The translations under genes and the position numbers were made by a program. The notes under the pieces are model-generated. The model was not told the DNA's origin. It did no database searches and saw only the letters and a program-made list of their open reading frames with translations. Below are positions 17,411-27,877 of a stretch of DNA of 64,000 bases, one piece after another. Source of the stretch: a bacterium (GTDB taxonomy: Bacteria; Bacteroidota; Ignavibacteria; UBA10030); NCBI GenBank assembly GCA_043803945.1, contig JAZDJN010000042.1, forward strand, positions 1-64,000. The letters run 5' to 3'. Positions within the stretch are counted from its first letter, which is position 1. Each line of letters opens with the position of its first letter.

Positions 17411-20143
17411 TCAATGATCAGAAGTGAGATTGCCATCGCCGTCCACATAGCGGATTTCGTAGCCGATCTCCTTCAATCCTGATTCTACTTTTGACCTATC
17501 GCCAACAACGACCCAAATCAGATTATCCGGCAACACAACGCGTTTTGCTGCATTGTGCGCTGTGGTGATGTCAAGATTCAGAATGTGCGATGCATAGCCG
17601 TCGTAATAATTGTCAGGCAATCCGAACCGGACGATGTTGGAGATTGAGCCAAGTACTGCTCCATTGGTTTCCCATCCGCCAGGAAGCGAAAGTGCATTCT
17701 GATTCTTCACTCTCGCAAGCTCATCCTCGGTGGCTGGCTTTGTCGATACAAACTGGCTGATCTCTTTTCCCATTTCCTGCACTGACTCTTTTGTTCTGTC
17801 GGTCTGCACAATACCGTAATAGATATAAGGTCGTTGACCCTTCGCACTGATGATAACGCTTCCAGCACCATACGACCAGTGTTTATCTTCTCTCAGGTTC
17901 ATATTGATACGTGAGACAAAAGAACCGCCAAGGATGCTGTTGAAGGTTTCAATCGCAATGTTCTCCTTGTCGGAATAGGGAGGAGCCGGATGGCCGGCAA
18001 AAATTATTGATGATTGTGACCCCGGCCGGTCCATAAGATAAATGAGCGGTTTGGCCGCCGGTTTGACCTCGGCAATATTTTTCTTTGGAATATCTCCAGG
18101 TTTCCATGCAGCAAACAGCTTTTCCAGTTTCGGTTGGAGCTCCTTGAGCGATACATCGCCGACTATCACCAGGGTTGCATTGTTGGACTTAAACCATGTC
18201 GAATGGAATTTGCTCAGGTCTTCCCGTGCAATGTTCTTGACTGTCTGCTCGTATCCCGAGCCGCTAAACGGGAGAGCATAGGCATGGCCCTTGCCGTAAA
18301 TGTATTGCGGAAGGACGCGCAAGCCCATCTGAATGGGGGCAGCTTTCTCCTGTTGAATTTGCACCATGCGTTCTTTCTTCAACCGATCCAATTCCTTTTG
18401 AGGGAAGGAAGGATGAAGAATTATTTCTGCCATCAATTGTAGCGCCGGTTCAAGGTTGGCTTTGAGCGATGAGAGTGAGACACTGTTCATATCGAGGTTT
18501 GCTCCGGTCCCCAACTGTGCACCAAGCAAGAGCAGCTCGTCACTGATCTGCAGCGCATCTTTTGTTTTCGTCCCTTCATCGAGCATCGACATTGTGAGGC
18601 TGGCTGTTCCTGGCTCTGCAAACTGATCTGCAGCGAAGCCGCCATCGAGCAGCATATTCAAACTGACCATGGGGATGGACTTTCGTTCGGCGAGAATAAT
18701 CTTCATGCCGTTCGAGAGTTGCGCTTTTTGAAATCGGGGAAAACTGGCTGCAGGAGGAGTGCCGGTCGAAGGCATTGTCTTTCGATCGACATCGCTTTGA
18801 ACGGTACTAAACGACGGGAACGGATGAATTTCGAGATTGAAGACACCATCACTCAACCATTTGTTCCCGGCATTCTTGATATCGTTCGCCGTCGCTTCGG
18901 TAATTTGCTGCAGATAGGTCTTGTAGAATTGTGGTGAATTGCCAAAAACCTGGCTTTGTGCTAGGATATCAGATTTTCCCCCGAACCCGCCGATACGCTC
19001 TATGCCGCTGATGAAATTGGCAATGTACTGTGTCTTGATGCGCTTAAGCTCCTTCTCGGTCGGGCCCGACTGTAAAAGTTTTGACAACTCTTCAACAATT
19101 GCCTGTTCTACTTTAGCAAGCTCAACGCCGGGTTTGGCATCTGCTTCAATGAAGAATTGGCTGCCGATTTCACCTTCATTGCAATATGCACTCACCCGTG
19201 TGGCAATCTGTTCATCGTATACTAACCGCTTATAGAGTCGGGAAGTTTTTCCCTGCGAGAGAATATTGCTTAGGAGTGTGAGATAAGTCGTTTCTCTATT
19301 GCCCCATTCAGGAACATTCCACACTTTATCGATACGTGATTGCGGCACACGGTCCTGGGCAACTACCCGTTTGCTGCCGGCCATCTTTGCGACGCTTGTT
19401 TCGTAGCGGCTCAAGGGAGGACCGGATGGAATGTCTCCGAAATATCGCTCGACCTTTGATCGTATTTCTTCGGCGGTTACATCACCAGCAACAACTAGTA
19501 CGGCGTTGGCTGCTCCATAGTATTGTTTGAACCACTCATGCACATCCTGCAGGGATGCAGCAGCAAGGTCTTCCATAAACCCGATCACCGTCCAGGAATA
19601 GGGATGGCCTTTTGGATAGCAGTTTGTTGCTAAAATTTCTTCCGCGACGGCGTAGGGTTCATTTTCTCCCTGACGTTTTTCGTTCTGGACAACACCACGT
19701 TGTTCATCCAATTTAGCCTGGGTAATCGCTCCAATCAGGTGCCCCATTCTATCGGACTCCATCCAGAGTACAAGATCGATTGCTGATGCGGGGACTGTTT
19801 GGAAATAGTTTGTGCGGTCGTTGTTTGTTGTGCCATTCAGATCGGAGGATCCTACTTTTTCCAGGACCTTGAAATAATCGTCATTGTAATTTTCGCTTCC
19901 GTTAAACATCAGGTGCTCGAAGAGATGGGCAAATCCTGTCTTACCCTGCTTCTCATTTTTTGACCCAACGTGATACCACACATTCACGGCAACGATCGGC
20001 GCTTTATGGTCTTCGTGTACAATAAGTGTGAGTCCATTCTTTAACGTGAATTGTTTGTAGGGTATGTCAATTTCATTCATAGCCTGTCCTAGCAGTGAGA
20101 AGTTGATAAACAAAACAAGGAGTGTGACGAAGATTACTTTCAT
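17411..20143 (-). CDS. M16 family zinc protease (pitrilysin/PqqL-like), secreted
   Basis: GFAHLFEHLMF (inverted HxxEH), NGTT..DRTNYF, SRINMNLREDKHWSYG; signal peptide. Confidence 0.95.
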   Translation of the reverse strand: MKVIFVTLLVLFINFSLLGQAMNEIDIPYKQFTLKNGLTLIVHEDHKAPIVAVNVWYHVGSKNEKQGKTGFAHLFEHLMFNGSENYNDDYFKVLEKVGSSDLNGTTNNDRTNYFQTVPASAIDLVLWMESDRMGHLIGAITQAKLDEQRGVVQNEKRQGENEPYAVAEEILATNCYPKGHPYSWTVIGFMEDLAAASLQDVHEWFKQYYGAANAVLVVAGDVTAEEIRSKVERYFGDIPSGPPLSRYETSVAKMAGSKRVVAQDRVPQSRIDKVWNVPEWGNRETTYLTLLSNILSQGKTSRLYKRLVYDEQIATRVSAYCNEGEIGSQFFIEADAKPGVELAKVEQAIVEELSKLLQSGPTEKELKRIKTQYIANFISGIERIGGFGGKSDILAQSQVFGNSPQFYKTYLQQITEATANDIKNAGNKWLSDGVFNLEIHPFPSFSTVQSDVDRKTMPSTGTPPAASFPRFQKAQLSNGMKIILAERKSIPMVSLNMLLDGGFAADQFAEPGTASLTMSMLDEGTKTKDALQISDELLLLGAQLGTGANLDMNSVSLSSLKANLEPALQLMAEIILHPSFPQKELDRLKKERMVQIQQEKAAPIQMGLRVLPQYIYGKGHAYALPFSGSGYEQTVKNIAREDLSKFHSTWFKSNNATLVIVGDVSLKELQPKLEKLFAAWKPGDIPKKNIAEVKPAAKPLIYLMDRPGSQSSIIFAGHPAPPYSDKENIAIETFNSILGGSFVSRINMNLREDKHWSYGAGSVIISAKGQRPYIYYGIVQTDRTKESVQEMGKEISQFVSTKPATEDELARVKNQNALSLPGGWETNGAVLGSISNIVRFGLPDNYYDGYASHILNLDITTAHNAAKRVVLPDNLIWVVVGDRSKVESGLKEIGYEIRYVDGDGNLTSDH

Positions 20144-20570
20144 TGTTCACCTCTGCGTATTGTGAATGATTGGTTGTGATAAGAATATGAACACGTTGTG
20201 GAATTGAATGGTTTCTCTCATTGGCAGTTTTATATCACATTGTTACCGAACCTCAGGAAGGTCTGTGGATATTGTTAACATCAATTCTATTCCGTTACTC
20301 GTTAGATACGCCGTAAATGAAGAGAAGTTGCCCAAATAACGTACTGGTAAAAGAGATTTTCTTTCCTGGTTCTTCTGACGTGATTGCCTCACTGTCTGGG
20401 GGAATAGTTCTTTATTTTCGACCTATCCAATAGAACTCCCTATTTTGTGATAAAGGTAATCGAGGTGTTCGAAGAAGTCAAGTTTTTGGTGATGTATGTA
20501 AAGGAACGAAGAGGAGGGAGGTGAAATGATTTGGGTATTGCAGAATGAGTAAATGCTGTGAACAACTCCA

Positions 20571-21293
20571 TTAAAACTTTGTCAGCTTCACCAGATAATC
20601 TCCCCACGCCTCCTGGTGGAGAATCTCACAGTGCCATCCTAATTTGTTTGAATGATGTTCCAGTGTTTCAGGATCAATCTGGAGCCAGCTAAATTGTTCG
20701 CCTTGAATCCCTTTATAGGCGAACGACATCATTATTTCACCAAAGTAGCGGTTCATTGCCATATTCCGCCGATGATAGGCAAGATGGACTGGATCATCGG
20801 TGCATCGTACGTCGAGTGAGTCGAAAAGAATGATTCCTTGCTCGTTCGTGAGATGGAGGGCATGGTGGAGAAATCGCTGGAGTCCATCAATCGAGCCGAC
20901 AAGCCCAATACCGTGGGGCAAGAGAAGTAAGGTATCAAATGATTTTCCACCAAATTCAAAAATGTCACCGCATTCAACATTGAACACACCCCGCTGCTTC
21001 ATCACTTCAACAGCTTCGGGAGAAATTTCGAGAGCCCGGAGGTTTACACCGGCATGTTGGAGGTATAGGCTATGACTTCCGGCCCCGGCGCCAATGTCAA
21101 GCACGTTTCCGGAACACAGGGCTAGAGCAGTTTTTTCGATTAATGTAAATTGTTCGGGGTCTTTGAAAAATGTACTCACCGGCAGCTTGAATTCAAGACC
21201 ATCATCTCGAAGCACATCGAGGCATGCAGCAACGTCTCCATGGAAGTAATCAAGGAGAGCGAGGCCATAAGGGTTCATCGAGTGTGTGGCCAT
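20571..21293 (-). CDS. Class I SAM-dependent methyltransferase
   Basis: VLDIGAGAGSHSL motif I, FDTLLLL, GIG..G. Confidence 0.9.
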   Translation of the reverse strand: MATHSMNPYGLALLDYFHGDVAACLDVLRDDGLEFKLPVSTFFKDPEQFTLIEKTALALCSGNVLDIGAGAGSHSLYLQHAGVNLRALEISPEAVEVMKQRGVFNVECGDIFEFGGKSFDTLLLLPHGIGLVGSIDGLQRFLHHALHLTNEQGIILFDSLDVRCTDDPVHLAYHRRNMAMNRYFGEIMMSFAYKGIQGEQFSWLQIDPETLEHHSNKLGWHCEILHQEAWGDYLVKLTKF

Positions 21294-21381
21294 AGGATAT
21301 TATCCTAACCATCGTTCCGATCTGCTATTGCACTCTCTGCGAGGTAATGCAACACTTCTGGGATCGAGGTGATAGTTCTAC

Positions 21382-22962
21382 CTAAAACTTGTATGTATAC
21401 TTGAGCCAGAGTTGGTTGTGTAATTGTGAATACCGTGCGATGGCATCGTTGGCAATCTTATGGCTATACGCTGTCAACATCTTCCTGGCTTCTGAGGGGT
21501 TCCGTTTGTAAACCTCAACGACTTCTTTTTCGAATCCTGGCTGGTTGGTAAAAGCTTTCTCTTCGATATCCTTCCTGACTGTATCCACATCCTGAACCAT
21601 CTCCTGGTATCGGAAGTAACAGAGTTGACTTACTGTACGGAATGTCCACCACGCACAGTTGGTACTGTATTCCCTGCGGCCATCGACCATATAACTTTTC
21701 GGCATACTCTCGATGCCGCAATAGAAGGGTGTATGCGGGGTTGTTACAGGATTATCATATCCAAGCCAAACAACGCCGCCGATCGGATTGGGCAGCCAGC
21801 TTCGAGATTGTGTCACATGGACATAAGTGGCACGATTACATGCAATTGTCCGTTCGCTTTTGATGCGAAATAATTCTTTGTATTCGACATTCATAAAAGG
21901 ATTTGCTACAGGATTTTTCACCGCTTTCCCTTCTTTATCTTTTGAGAACAAACCGTTCGTCATATCGTAATCAGTATTTTGATAATAATCACGGAACATG
22001 GAGAGAACACCATTCACAGAAAGCTGTTTCTCCGCTTTCACAGAAAGAGGATAGTTCTCTGCATTCGGATCGAGTTTGAGTGAGGGAGCGGCTTTACTCA
22101 GAACACGCCATTCCCGCCGCCTGCTTCCCATGCTGTTTCTGTCTGCATACACATAGCAAAATTCAAATGGTTGTTCGCTTTTGGAATTCCACCAACCCTG
22201 TTCTTCGGCGAGGGAGAAGACATTTGATGAAGCCATATACCAGTCCGGCTCTTTTGGATTGAGTTGGCGAATTCTTGAGGCATTAGCTGACACGCCAACG
22301 TGATCGTCCGGGATTCTCACCGCTGCCCACACGGCACCAAGTTTGCCACGGCCGGGGCCAAGAATTTCAAAATGCCAGGTTTCGTTCGGATCAGCAAATG
22401 TAAAACATTCACCAAAATCATTGTACCCATATTGCTTTGTGAGATGATCGATGATTTGAATCGCTTCTCGTGCCGTCTTTGCCCGCTCCAGTGCAATCCG
22501 GTACAATTCGGGGCAATCGAAAATTCCTTCATCACTTTTAAGTTCAGATTTACCGCCGAATGTTGTCTCTCCAATTGCCAACTGGTGTTCGTTCATCACC
22601 GGATAGGCAGAATTAATGTAGGCGTACGTTTCCGCTACCTGCGGGATCTCACCGGTAGAGAGAACGTCGGTATCGTCGGGGCCTTTGGTTTCTTTAGAAC
22701 CCATGAAAATATTTGTCATCGCACCGCTCTTATATGTTCGATGGGGAACTACGGTGATCCAGGTGCGATCCGTTCGGGAATCGCATGAATGGGAAGTCAT
22801 AGTGGAACCATCAATCGAGGCGGCTTTTCCGACGAGAATACTGGTGCAAGCATCATACTCGGTGATGGAGGGAATCGTTGTTGATGTCCGGGGTGAAACA
22901 ACCAGATGGAAGAATAGAATGCCGCTCATGAGTGAAACGAGGAGACTAAGATTCTTCAGCAT
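21382..22962 (-). CDS. C69 family dipeptidase, secreted
   Basis: Ntn nucleophile A-CTSILVGKAAS.DGS, MNEHQLAIGETT, IALERAKTAREAI, WAAVRIPDD. Confidence 0.93.
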   Translation of the reverse strand: MLKNLSLLVSLMSGILFFHLVVSPRTSTTIPSITEYDACTSILVGKAASIDGSTMTSHSCDSRTDRTWITVVPHRTYKSGAMTNIFMGSKETKGPDDTDVLSTGEIPQVAETYAYINSAYPVMNEHQLAIGETTFGGKSELKSDEGIFDCPELYRIALERAKTAREAIQIIDHLTKQYGYNDFGECFTFADPNETWHFEILGPGRGKLGAVWAAVRIPDDHVGVSANASRIRQLNPKEPDWYMASSNVFSLAEEQGWWNSKSEQPFEFCYVYADRNSMGSRRREWRVLSKAAPSLKLDPNAENYPLSVKAEKQLSVNGVLSMFRDYYQNTDYDMTNGLFSKDKEGKAVKNPVANPFMNVEYKELFRIKSERTIACNRATYVHVTQSRSWLPNPIGGVVWLGYDNPVTTPHTPFYCGIESMPKSYMVDGRREYSTNCAWWTFRTVSQLCYFRYQEMVQDVDTVRKDIEEKAFTNQPGFEKEVVEVYKRNPSEARKMLTAYSHKIANDAIARYSQLHNQLWLKYTYKF

Positions 22963-23211
22963 TATTCTCTCCAGGCGATAGTCGTAGGCTCGTGGGATAT
23001 ACCAGCGTGTTTATTGGCAAAAGTAGTCCAAAATACTGCTATTGTCAATGAGAGCTTCATCATCATTGCTCTTGTACGAAAGGATCTTCGTGTTAATTCA
23101 AAAATGAGAATACAGTATGAATCGCAAAGAAGTAATTTTTTCCAGATAGATATTGACCAAATCGATTGAAAATTGTACATATAGGTAATCGCCCTTGAAT
23201 CATTCGAACCT

Positions 23212-24198
23212 ATGCCAACAAACCTTCCATCCGAGTATTTCGAAGCTGAAAGAAAACACCGTGAGGCAAAGACCCCGGAAGAGAAGGCTGACACCTTAGA
23301 GCATCTCATCAGCACCATACCGAAACACAAAGGGACCGATAAACTCCGTGCTGAGCTGCGCCGAAAACTCTCCAGATTCAAAACTCAGGCTCATGCCAAA
23401 AATAAAACGGGGAAACATGAATCCCACTTCTTTATAGAGAAAGAAGGCGATGCCCGGGTTGTTGTCGTTGGCGCTGCGAATGTCGGAAAATCCTCATTGG
23501 TGGCTAAACTGACCCATGCGACTCCGGAGGTTTCCGAAAGTCCATTCTCGACCTGGTTTCCCACTCCAGGCATGTTGATGTATCAAGGTGTCCATATCCA
23601 GTTGATCGATACTCCGGCAATCGAACGCGAGTACTTCGAGCCGGAATTTATTGAACTCATCCGATCCTCGGATCTTCTCCTGATCCTTCTCGATTTGCTG
23701 GAAAATTCACTGGAGCAATACGACCGAACACGGGAAACTCTCGCACAACATAAGATTGTTCCGGCACAGTTGGGCGGCGCACGGCATGAACCGCGGATCA
23801 AACAGCTTCCGATGATGATCGTGGCGAACAAAGATGATGGCGGACCTTTGGATGAAGAGTTTTCAGTTCTTCAGGAACTCCTGCGAGATGACGGTTGGAG
23901 TATTCTACCGATATCATTACTCCATGATCGTAATATCGATGCGATGATCCAGGCGATGATTCAAGCGCTCGATATCATCAGAGTGTTTTCAAAACCACCG
24001 GGCAAGGAAGTTGAGAGGAGTAAACCGTTCATCCTGAAACGGGGGAACACAGTGGGAGATCTTGCTCTGAAAGTGCATCACGACTTTGTGGAGAAGTTAA
24101 AAACCGCAAGGGTGTGGGGAACGGGAGTGTTCGAGGGCCAGCATGTTGGCAGGGATCATATTCTTTTTGATGGAGATATCGTTGAACTACACCTCTAA
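23212..24198 (+). CDS. DRG/Obg-family GTPase with C-terminal TGS domain
   Basis: MPTNLP and [10 protein letters not shown]-terminus, G1 GAANVGKS, G3 DTPA, G4 NKDD, TGS ...[16 protein letters not shown]. Confidence 0.9.
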   Translation: MPTNLPSEYFEAERKHREAKTPEEKADTLEHLISTIPKHKGTDKLRAELRRKLSRFKTQAHAKNKTGKHESHFFIEKEGDARVVVVGAANVGKSSLVAKLTHATPEVSESPFSTWFPTPGMLMYQGVHIQLIDTPAIEREYFEPEFIELIRSSDLLLILLDLLENSLEQYDRTRETLAQHKIVPAQLGGARHEPRIKQLPMMIVANKDDGGPLDEEFSVLQELLRDDGWSILPISLLHDRNIDAMIQAMIQALDIIRVFSKPPGKEVERSKPFILKRGNTVGDLALKVHHDFVEKLKTARVWGTGVFEGQHVGRDHILFDGDIVELHL

Positions 24199-24447
24199 AA
24201 ACAGAACTGTTCTGCTTGTCACTTTTCCATCGAAGTAGACATTTGCCTTTTTAACGACCGTAACACGTTCAAATCGTTCCATGGATTTTCCTTTATCGTG
24301 ATATTCGTTTTAGTAATAACTCTCCCTTGTTCAAGTTATAGAAAGAGAGAATCACAAACTCAATTGAATATGCAAGATTGAGGGATCTCGTACGTTCTCA
24401 CGAAATGAGTTATTGAATCTCTAAAATGGAATCGCTATCTTATATAT

Positions 24448-24843
24448 ATGATAAAATTGTTTACCATAGTCTTGCTGCCAGTTTATTGTGTGTTAACAAT
24501 TGGCCTTGGTATTCTCAGCCACAAGTGCGGTGATGAATACAGTGCTGTTCTGTACCCTGTTTCTACTGAAGACCCCTGTCAAAACTGTGCGAAGCACCAT
24601 CAGCAATCCTCTATTAGCAAGAAGAGCTGCTGTACGTTGGAGTATGACGTTTATCAACTAACCATTGCGCAACAGCAGGCGGCACAACAAACTGGTTCAA
24701 CGCTGGTTCCGGAATTAGTCCTGACCCATCAGGAGTTGGAGTACAATCCGGTCGTTGAGCAGATCTTTTCGATTCGATCTACGAATTTTTCACCCCCTCA
24801 TCACCCCCCAATATATTTGATGAATTGTACGCTTCTGGTGTAG
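24448..24843 (+). CDS. HYC_CC_PP family small Cys/His protein
   Basis: Signal-like segment, HKC, CQNC, SCC, PP...IYLMNCTLL; located upstream of HMA and TonB-receptor genes. Confidence 0.75.
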   Translation: MIKLFTIVLLPVYCVLTIGLGILSHKCGDEYSAVLYPVSTEDPCQNCAKHHQQSSISKKSCCTLEYDVYQLTIAQQQAAQQTGSTLVPELVLTHQELEYNPVVEQIFSIRSTNFSPPHHPPIYLMNCTLLV

Positions 24844-24894
24844 AAACACCTGGTGAATTTTTATGCTGTACTCACTAGTGTCTAATTTCTATCC

Positions 24895-25254
24895 ATGAGG
24901 AAACCTATGAAAACGTTCATCAAAGTCGTCAGTATCCTGTTTCTCTTTGCCACATTTCTTGCTGCCCAGGAGAATGAGATTACCGAAGCGAAGTTTAAAG
25001 TGTTTGGCAACTGTTCCATGTGCAAGACCAGGATCGAGAAAGCCGCGAAGATCAAGGGGGTTAAATTTGCGAAATGGGATAAAAAAGAAAAGATTCTTAC
25101 CGTTGCCTTCCTCTCCCAAAGTGTCTCGGTTGATTCCTTACACAAGCGTATTGCTGCCGTAGGGCATGATACAGAGAAATATAAAGCACCCGATGATGTG
25201 TATAAGGCGCTTCCCGCATGTTGTCTCTATCGTGCCAATCCAACAACTCATTAG
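24895..25254 (+). CDS. Periplasmic heavy-metal-associated (HMA) domain protein
   Basis: Signal peptide, GNCSMCKTRIE, C-terminal LPACCLY. Confidence 0.9.
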   Translation: MRKPMKTFIKVVSILFLFATFLAAQENEITEAKFKVFGNCSMCKTRIEKAAKIKGVKFAKWDKKEKILTVAFLSQSVSVDSLHKRIAAVGHDTEKYKAPDDVYKALPACCLYRANPTTH

Positions 25255-25297
25255 AGTTTGAGGACTGGAATATATCGATTACCTCCGGATGGTTCTC

Positions 25298-25332
25298 CTC
25301 TTTGCTGACGGAGTCTCTCTGTCAGCGAAGAG
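25298..25332. terminator. Intergenic stem-loop between the HMA gene and the TonB receptor gene
   Basis: CTCTTTGCTGACGGAG-TCT-CTCTGTCAGCGAAGAG; no U tract, so it may be an RNA-stabilising hairpin instead. Confidence 0.4.
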
Positions 25333-25389
25333 AGTAGAATGTTCCAGGCAGCCGATTACGATTACCACTATCATGAAAGAAAGGCAGCA

Positions 25390-27657
25390 ATGAAACTATT
25401 TTCAATAATATTGACCATCCTCCTCTGCTCTCAGCTTCTCGTTGGCCAGCAATCGAATAGGATATCTGGCGTTGTGAGGGAGAAAAGTGAACAAGGAATA
25501 CATCTCCCCATTATTGGCGCCAATGTATACTGGCTTGGTACGGCCACCGGGACATTCACGGATACGAGCGGTGCCTTTACCCTGGCGCGAACAACAGCAG
25601 CCAACCGTCTTGTTATCCGCTCTGTTGGATTCAAATCCGATACGGTGACTGTTCTGGAATCTCGCCAGATCGAAATCGAACTGCAGTCCGAAGCAACTGA
25701 AGTCAGAGAAGTAGAGGTTGTGGGCGAGCGGTCAGGGACGTACCTGAATTACCTCAGCACCCAGAAGATCCAGGTAATGACGGAAAAGGAATTGTTTAAA
25801 GCGGCCTGCTGTAATCTTTCCGAGAGTTTTCAGACAAATCCCTCCATCGATGTTTCGTTTACCGATGCGATAACAGGAATGAAACAGATTGAAATGCTCG
25901 GGCTGGCAGGGACATACTCGCAAATCACCCTTGAGAATTTCCCGGCAGTCCGCGGCCTGACATCGAATGTCGGCCTGACGTATATTCCGGGAAGCTGGAT
26001 GGAGAGCATTCAGGTTTCGAAGGGTGTGGGCTCTGTTGCAAATGGATATGAGTCCATTACAGGCCAAATCAATGTCGAACTTCGGAAACCCCGGAATGAG
26101 GAGGAGAAAACATTCTTCTTCAACTTCTATGGAAACAACGAACAACGGTTTGAGGGGAACCTCAATTATCGGCTGCCGCTGAGTAAAGAATTTGCCTCAC
26201 TTACACTTGCTCATTTCAGTTCCATGCAGCACCATCTCGATGGCAACGGTGACAATTTCCTCGATACGCCGCTTTCCAAAACGCTCAATATCTATCAACG
26301 GTTTCAAGTGCATTCTGATGCTCTTGGATTGGAAGGGCAGTTTGGTATTCAATTTGTAAAGGATGAGAAGAAGGGGGGAACTCTTCACGGTTACACTCTA
26401 GATCAACCCGCTCGTCTCCTCCACCTGAGTGAGTATGGGTTTGGCATGAATTCACAACAGTTGCGTATCCATGGAAAAACCGGAGTGGTGTTCTCGGGGA
26501 ATCCGTATCGAAGCCTCGGCGTTCAATGGTCGCTTTCAGATTTCCGGCAGGATTATTTCTTTGGCCAGCGTAACTATACAGGCCGCGAGCGCACAGGATA
26601 TCTCAATATTCTCTACCAGGCGAATCTGGACAGTACAATTCATTCTGTACGAATCGGATTGAGTTTCCTGTTTGATGAATTTAAGGAAACATTTTCTCTG
26701 ATTTATACCCAAAGGGCAGAGAAGGTGCCCGGAGCGTTTGCTGAGTATACCTACGCTCCAATAGAGGAATTCACACTCGTTGCCGGTATTCGAGCGGATC
26801 GGCATAATCTGTTTGGCACATTCATCACTCCGAGAATCCATGTGCGATACACTCCACAGGAAGATTGGATTTTCCGGTTGATTGCGGGGCGCGGGGCACG
26901 TACTGCAAATGTGCTCTCAGAGAATGCTGCCTATTTTGCAAGTGCCCGCACACTCTCCACACCTTTCATGCAGGGTGGGTATCCGTTCAACCAGGAAGTC
27001 GCCTGGAATTTTGGATTCAATGTCACACGGTATTTCCTCTACAAGTACCGTGAAGGAACAATCACTTTCGATTTCTACCGAACGGCCTTCGATCATCAGG
27101 TTGTCGCTGATCTCGATCAGCACCCGCAACAGGTAAGCTTCTCTAACCTGAACGGGGAATCGTACTCGAACAGCATCCAGGTGGAAATCAATTATCCTAT
27201 CGTCGAGCGATTAGAGACGCGGTTGGCTTATAGGCATCTTGATGTGAAGCAGACGATTGCCGGTGTTCTTCGTGAGCGGCCATTTGTCGCGAAGGACCGT
27301 GCGTTTATCAATCTTGCCTATTCGACCGAACGTGAAGACCCTATGGAATCTCAGATGCTGTACGATGTCACAGTCCAATGGTACGGCAATAAGCGGCTTC
27401 CCGATACGCGTTTGAATCCACAATCCTTTCAGGTTAGTGAATACTCGCCCGATTTCGTTCTAGCAAACGCACAGATTACCCGATCATTTTTTACCGGGCT
27501 GGACCTCTATCTCGGGATTGAAAATCTGTTCAACTTCCGACAGTCCCACCCGATTTTGGATCCGACCCATCCCAACGGTTCCTACTTCGATGGAGCGTTG
27601 ATCTGGGGACCTGTGACGGGACGAATGATCTATACGGGTTTACGCTGGAGAATTTGA
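25390..27657 (+). CDS. TonB-dependent outer-membrane receptor, metal-associated type
   Basis: CarboxypepD_reg-like N-domain (GANVYW, TDTSGAF), plug ELFKAACCNLSESF, SIQVSKG..SVANGYESITGQIN, C-terminal GRMIYTGLRWRI; ATG 25390 precedes the signal peptide. Confidence 0.92.
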   Translation: MKLFSIILTILLCSQLLVGQQSNRISGVVREKSEQGIHLPIIGANVYWLGTATGTFTDTSGAFTLARTTAANRLVIRSVGFKSDTVTVLESRQIEIELQSEATEVREVEVVGERSGTYLNYLSTQKIQVMTEKELFKAACCNLSESFQTNPSIDVSFTDAITGMKQIEMLGLAGTYSQITLENFPAVRGLTSNVGLTYIPGSWMESIQVSKGVGSVANGYESITGQINVELRKPRNEEEKTFFFNFYGNNEQRFEGNLNYRLPLSKEFASLTLAHFSSMQHHLDGNGDNFLDTPLSKTLNIYQRFQVHSDALGLEGQFGIQFVKDEKKGGTLHGYTLDQPARLLHLSEYGFGMNSQQLRIHGKTGVVFSGNPYRSLGVQWSLSDFRQDYFFGQRNYTGRERTGYLNILYQANLDSTIHSVRIGLSFLFDEFKETFSLIYTQRAEKVPGAFAEYTYAPIEEFTLVAGIRADRHNLFGTFITPRIHVRYTPQEDWIFRLIAGRGARTANVLSENAAYFASARTLSTPFMQGGYPFNQEVAWNFGFNVTRYFLYKYREGTITFDFYRTAFDHQVVADLDQHPQQVSFSNLNGESYSNSIQVEINYPIVERLETRLAYRHLDVKQTIAGVLRERPFVAKDRAFINLAYSTEREDPMESQMLYDVTVQWYGNKRLPDTRLNPQSFQVSEYSPDFVLANAQITRSFFTGLDLYLGIENLFNFRQSHPILDPTHPNGSYFDGALIWGPVTGRMIYTGLRWRI

Positions 27658-27698
27658 GAAGCGAACTACACTGTACTCTTGTAGAGGAAAGAAACAAC

Positions 27699-27731
27699 AA
27701 AGCCCCAATCGGATTATCCGGTTGGGGCTTT
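27699..27731. terminator. Rho-independent terminator, probably bidirectional
   Basis: AAAGCCCCAATCGGA-TTA-TCCGGTTGGGGCTTT between convergent genes. Confidence 0.8.
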
Positions 27732-27877
27732 CGTTTGTACGGAAGAGCGGATGATGGTCTATTTCTTCATGTTGAACCAGGTCGCATCGGCGAAGTACGG
27801 TTTTGTTAATTCTTCTGGCAGCCCTTGTTAAGAACAACACAGGTAACAGGATCGATTGTTCCTTGACCAACCTGCTG

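Noticed and set aside
22962-23381. 139-aa minus-strand ORF
   Set aside because: Antisense to the GTPase start and spans a divergent promoter region
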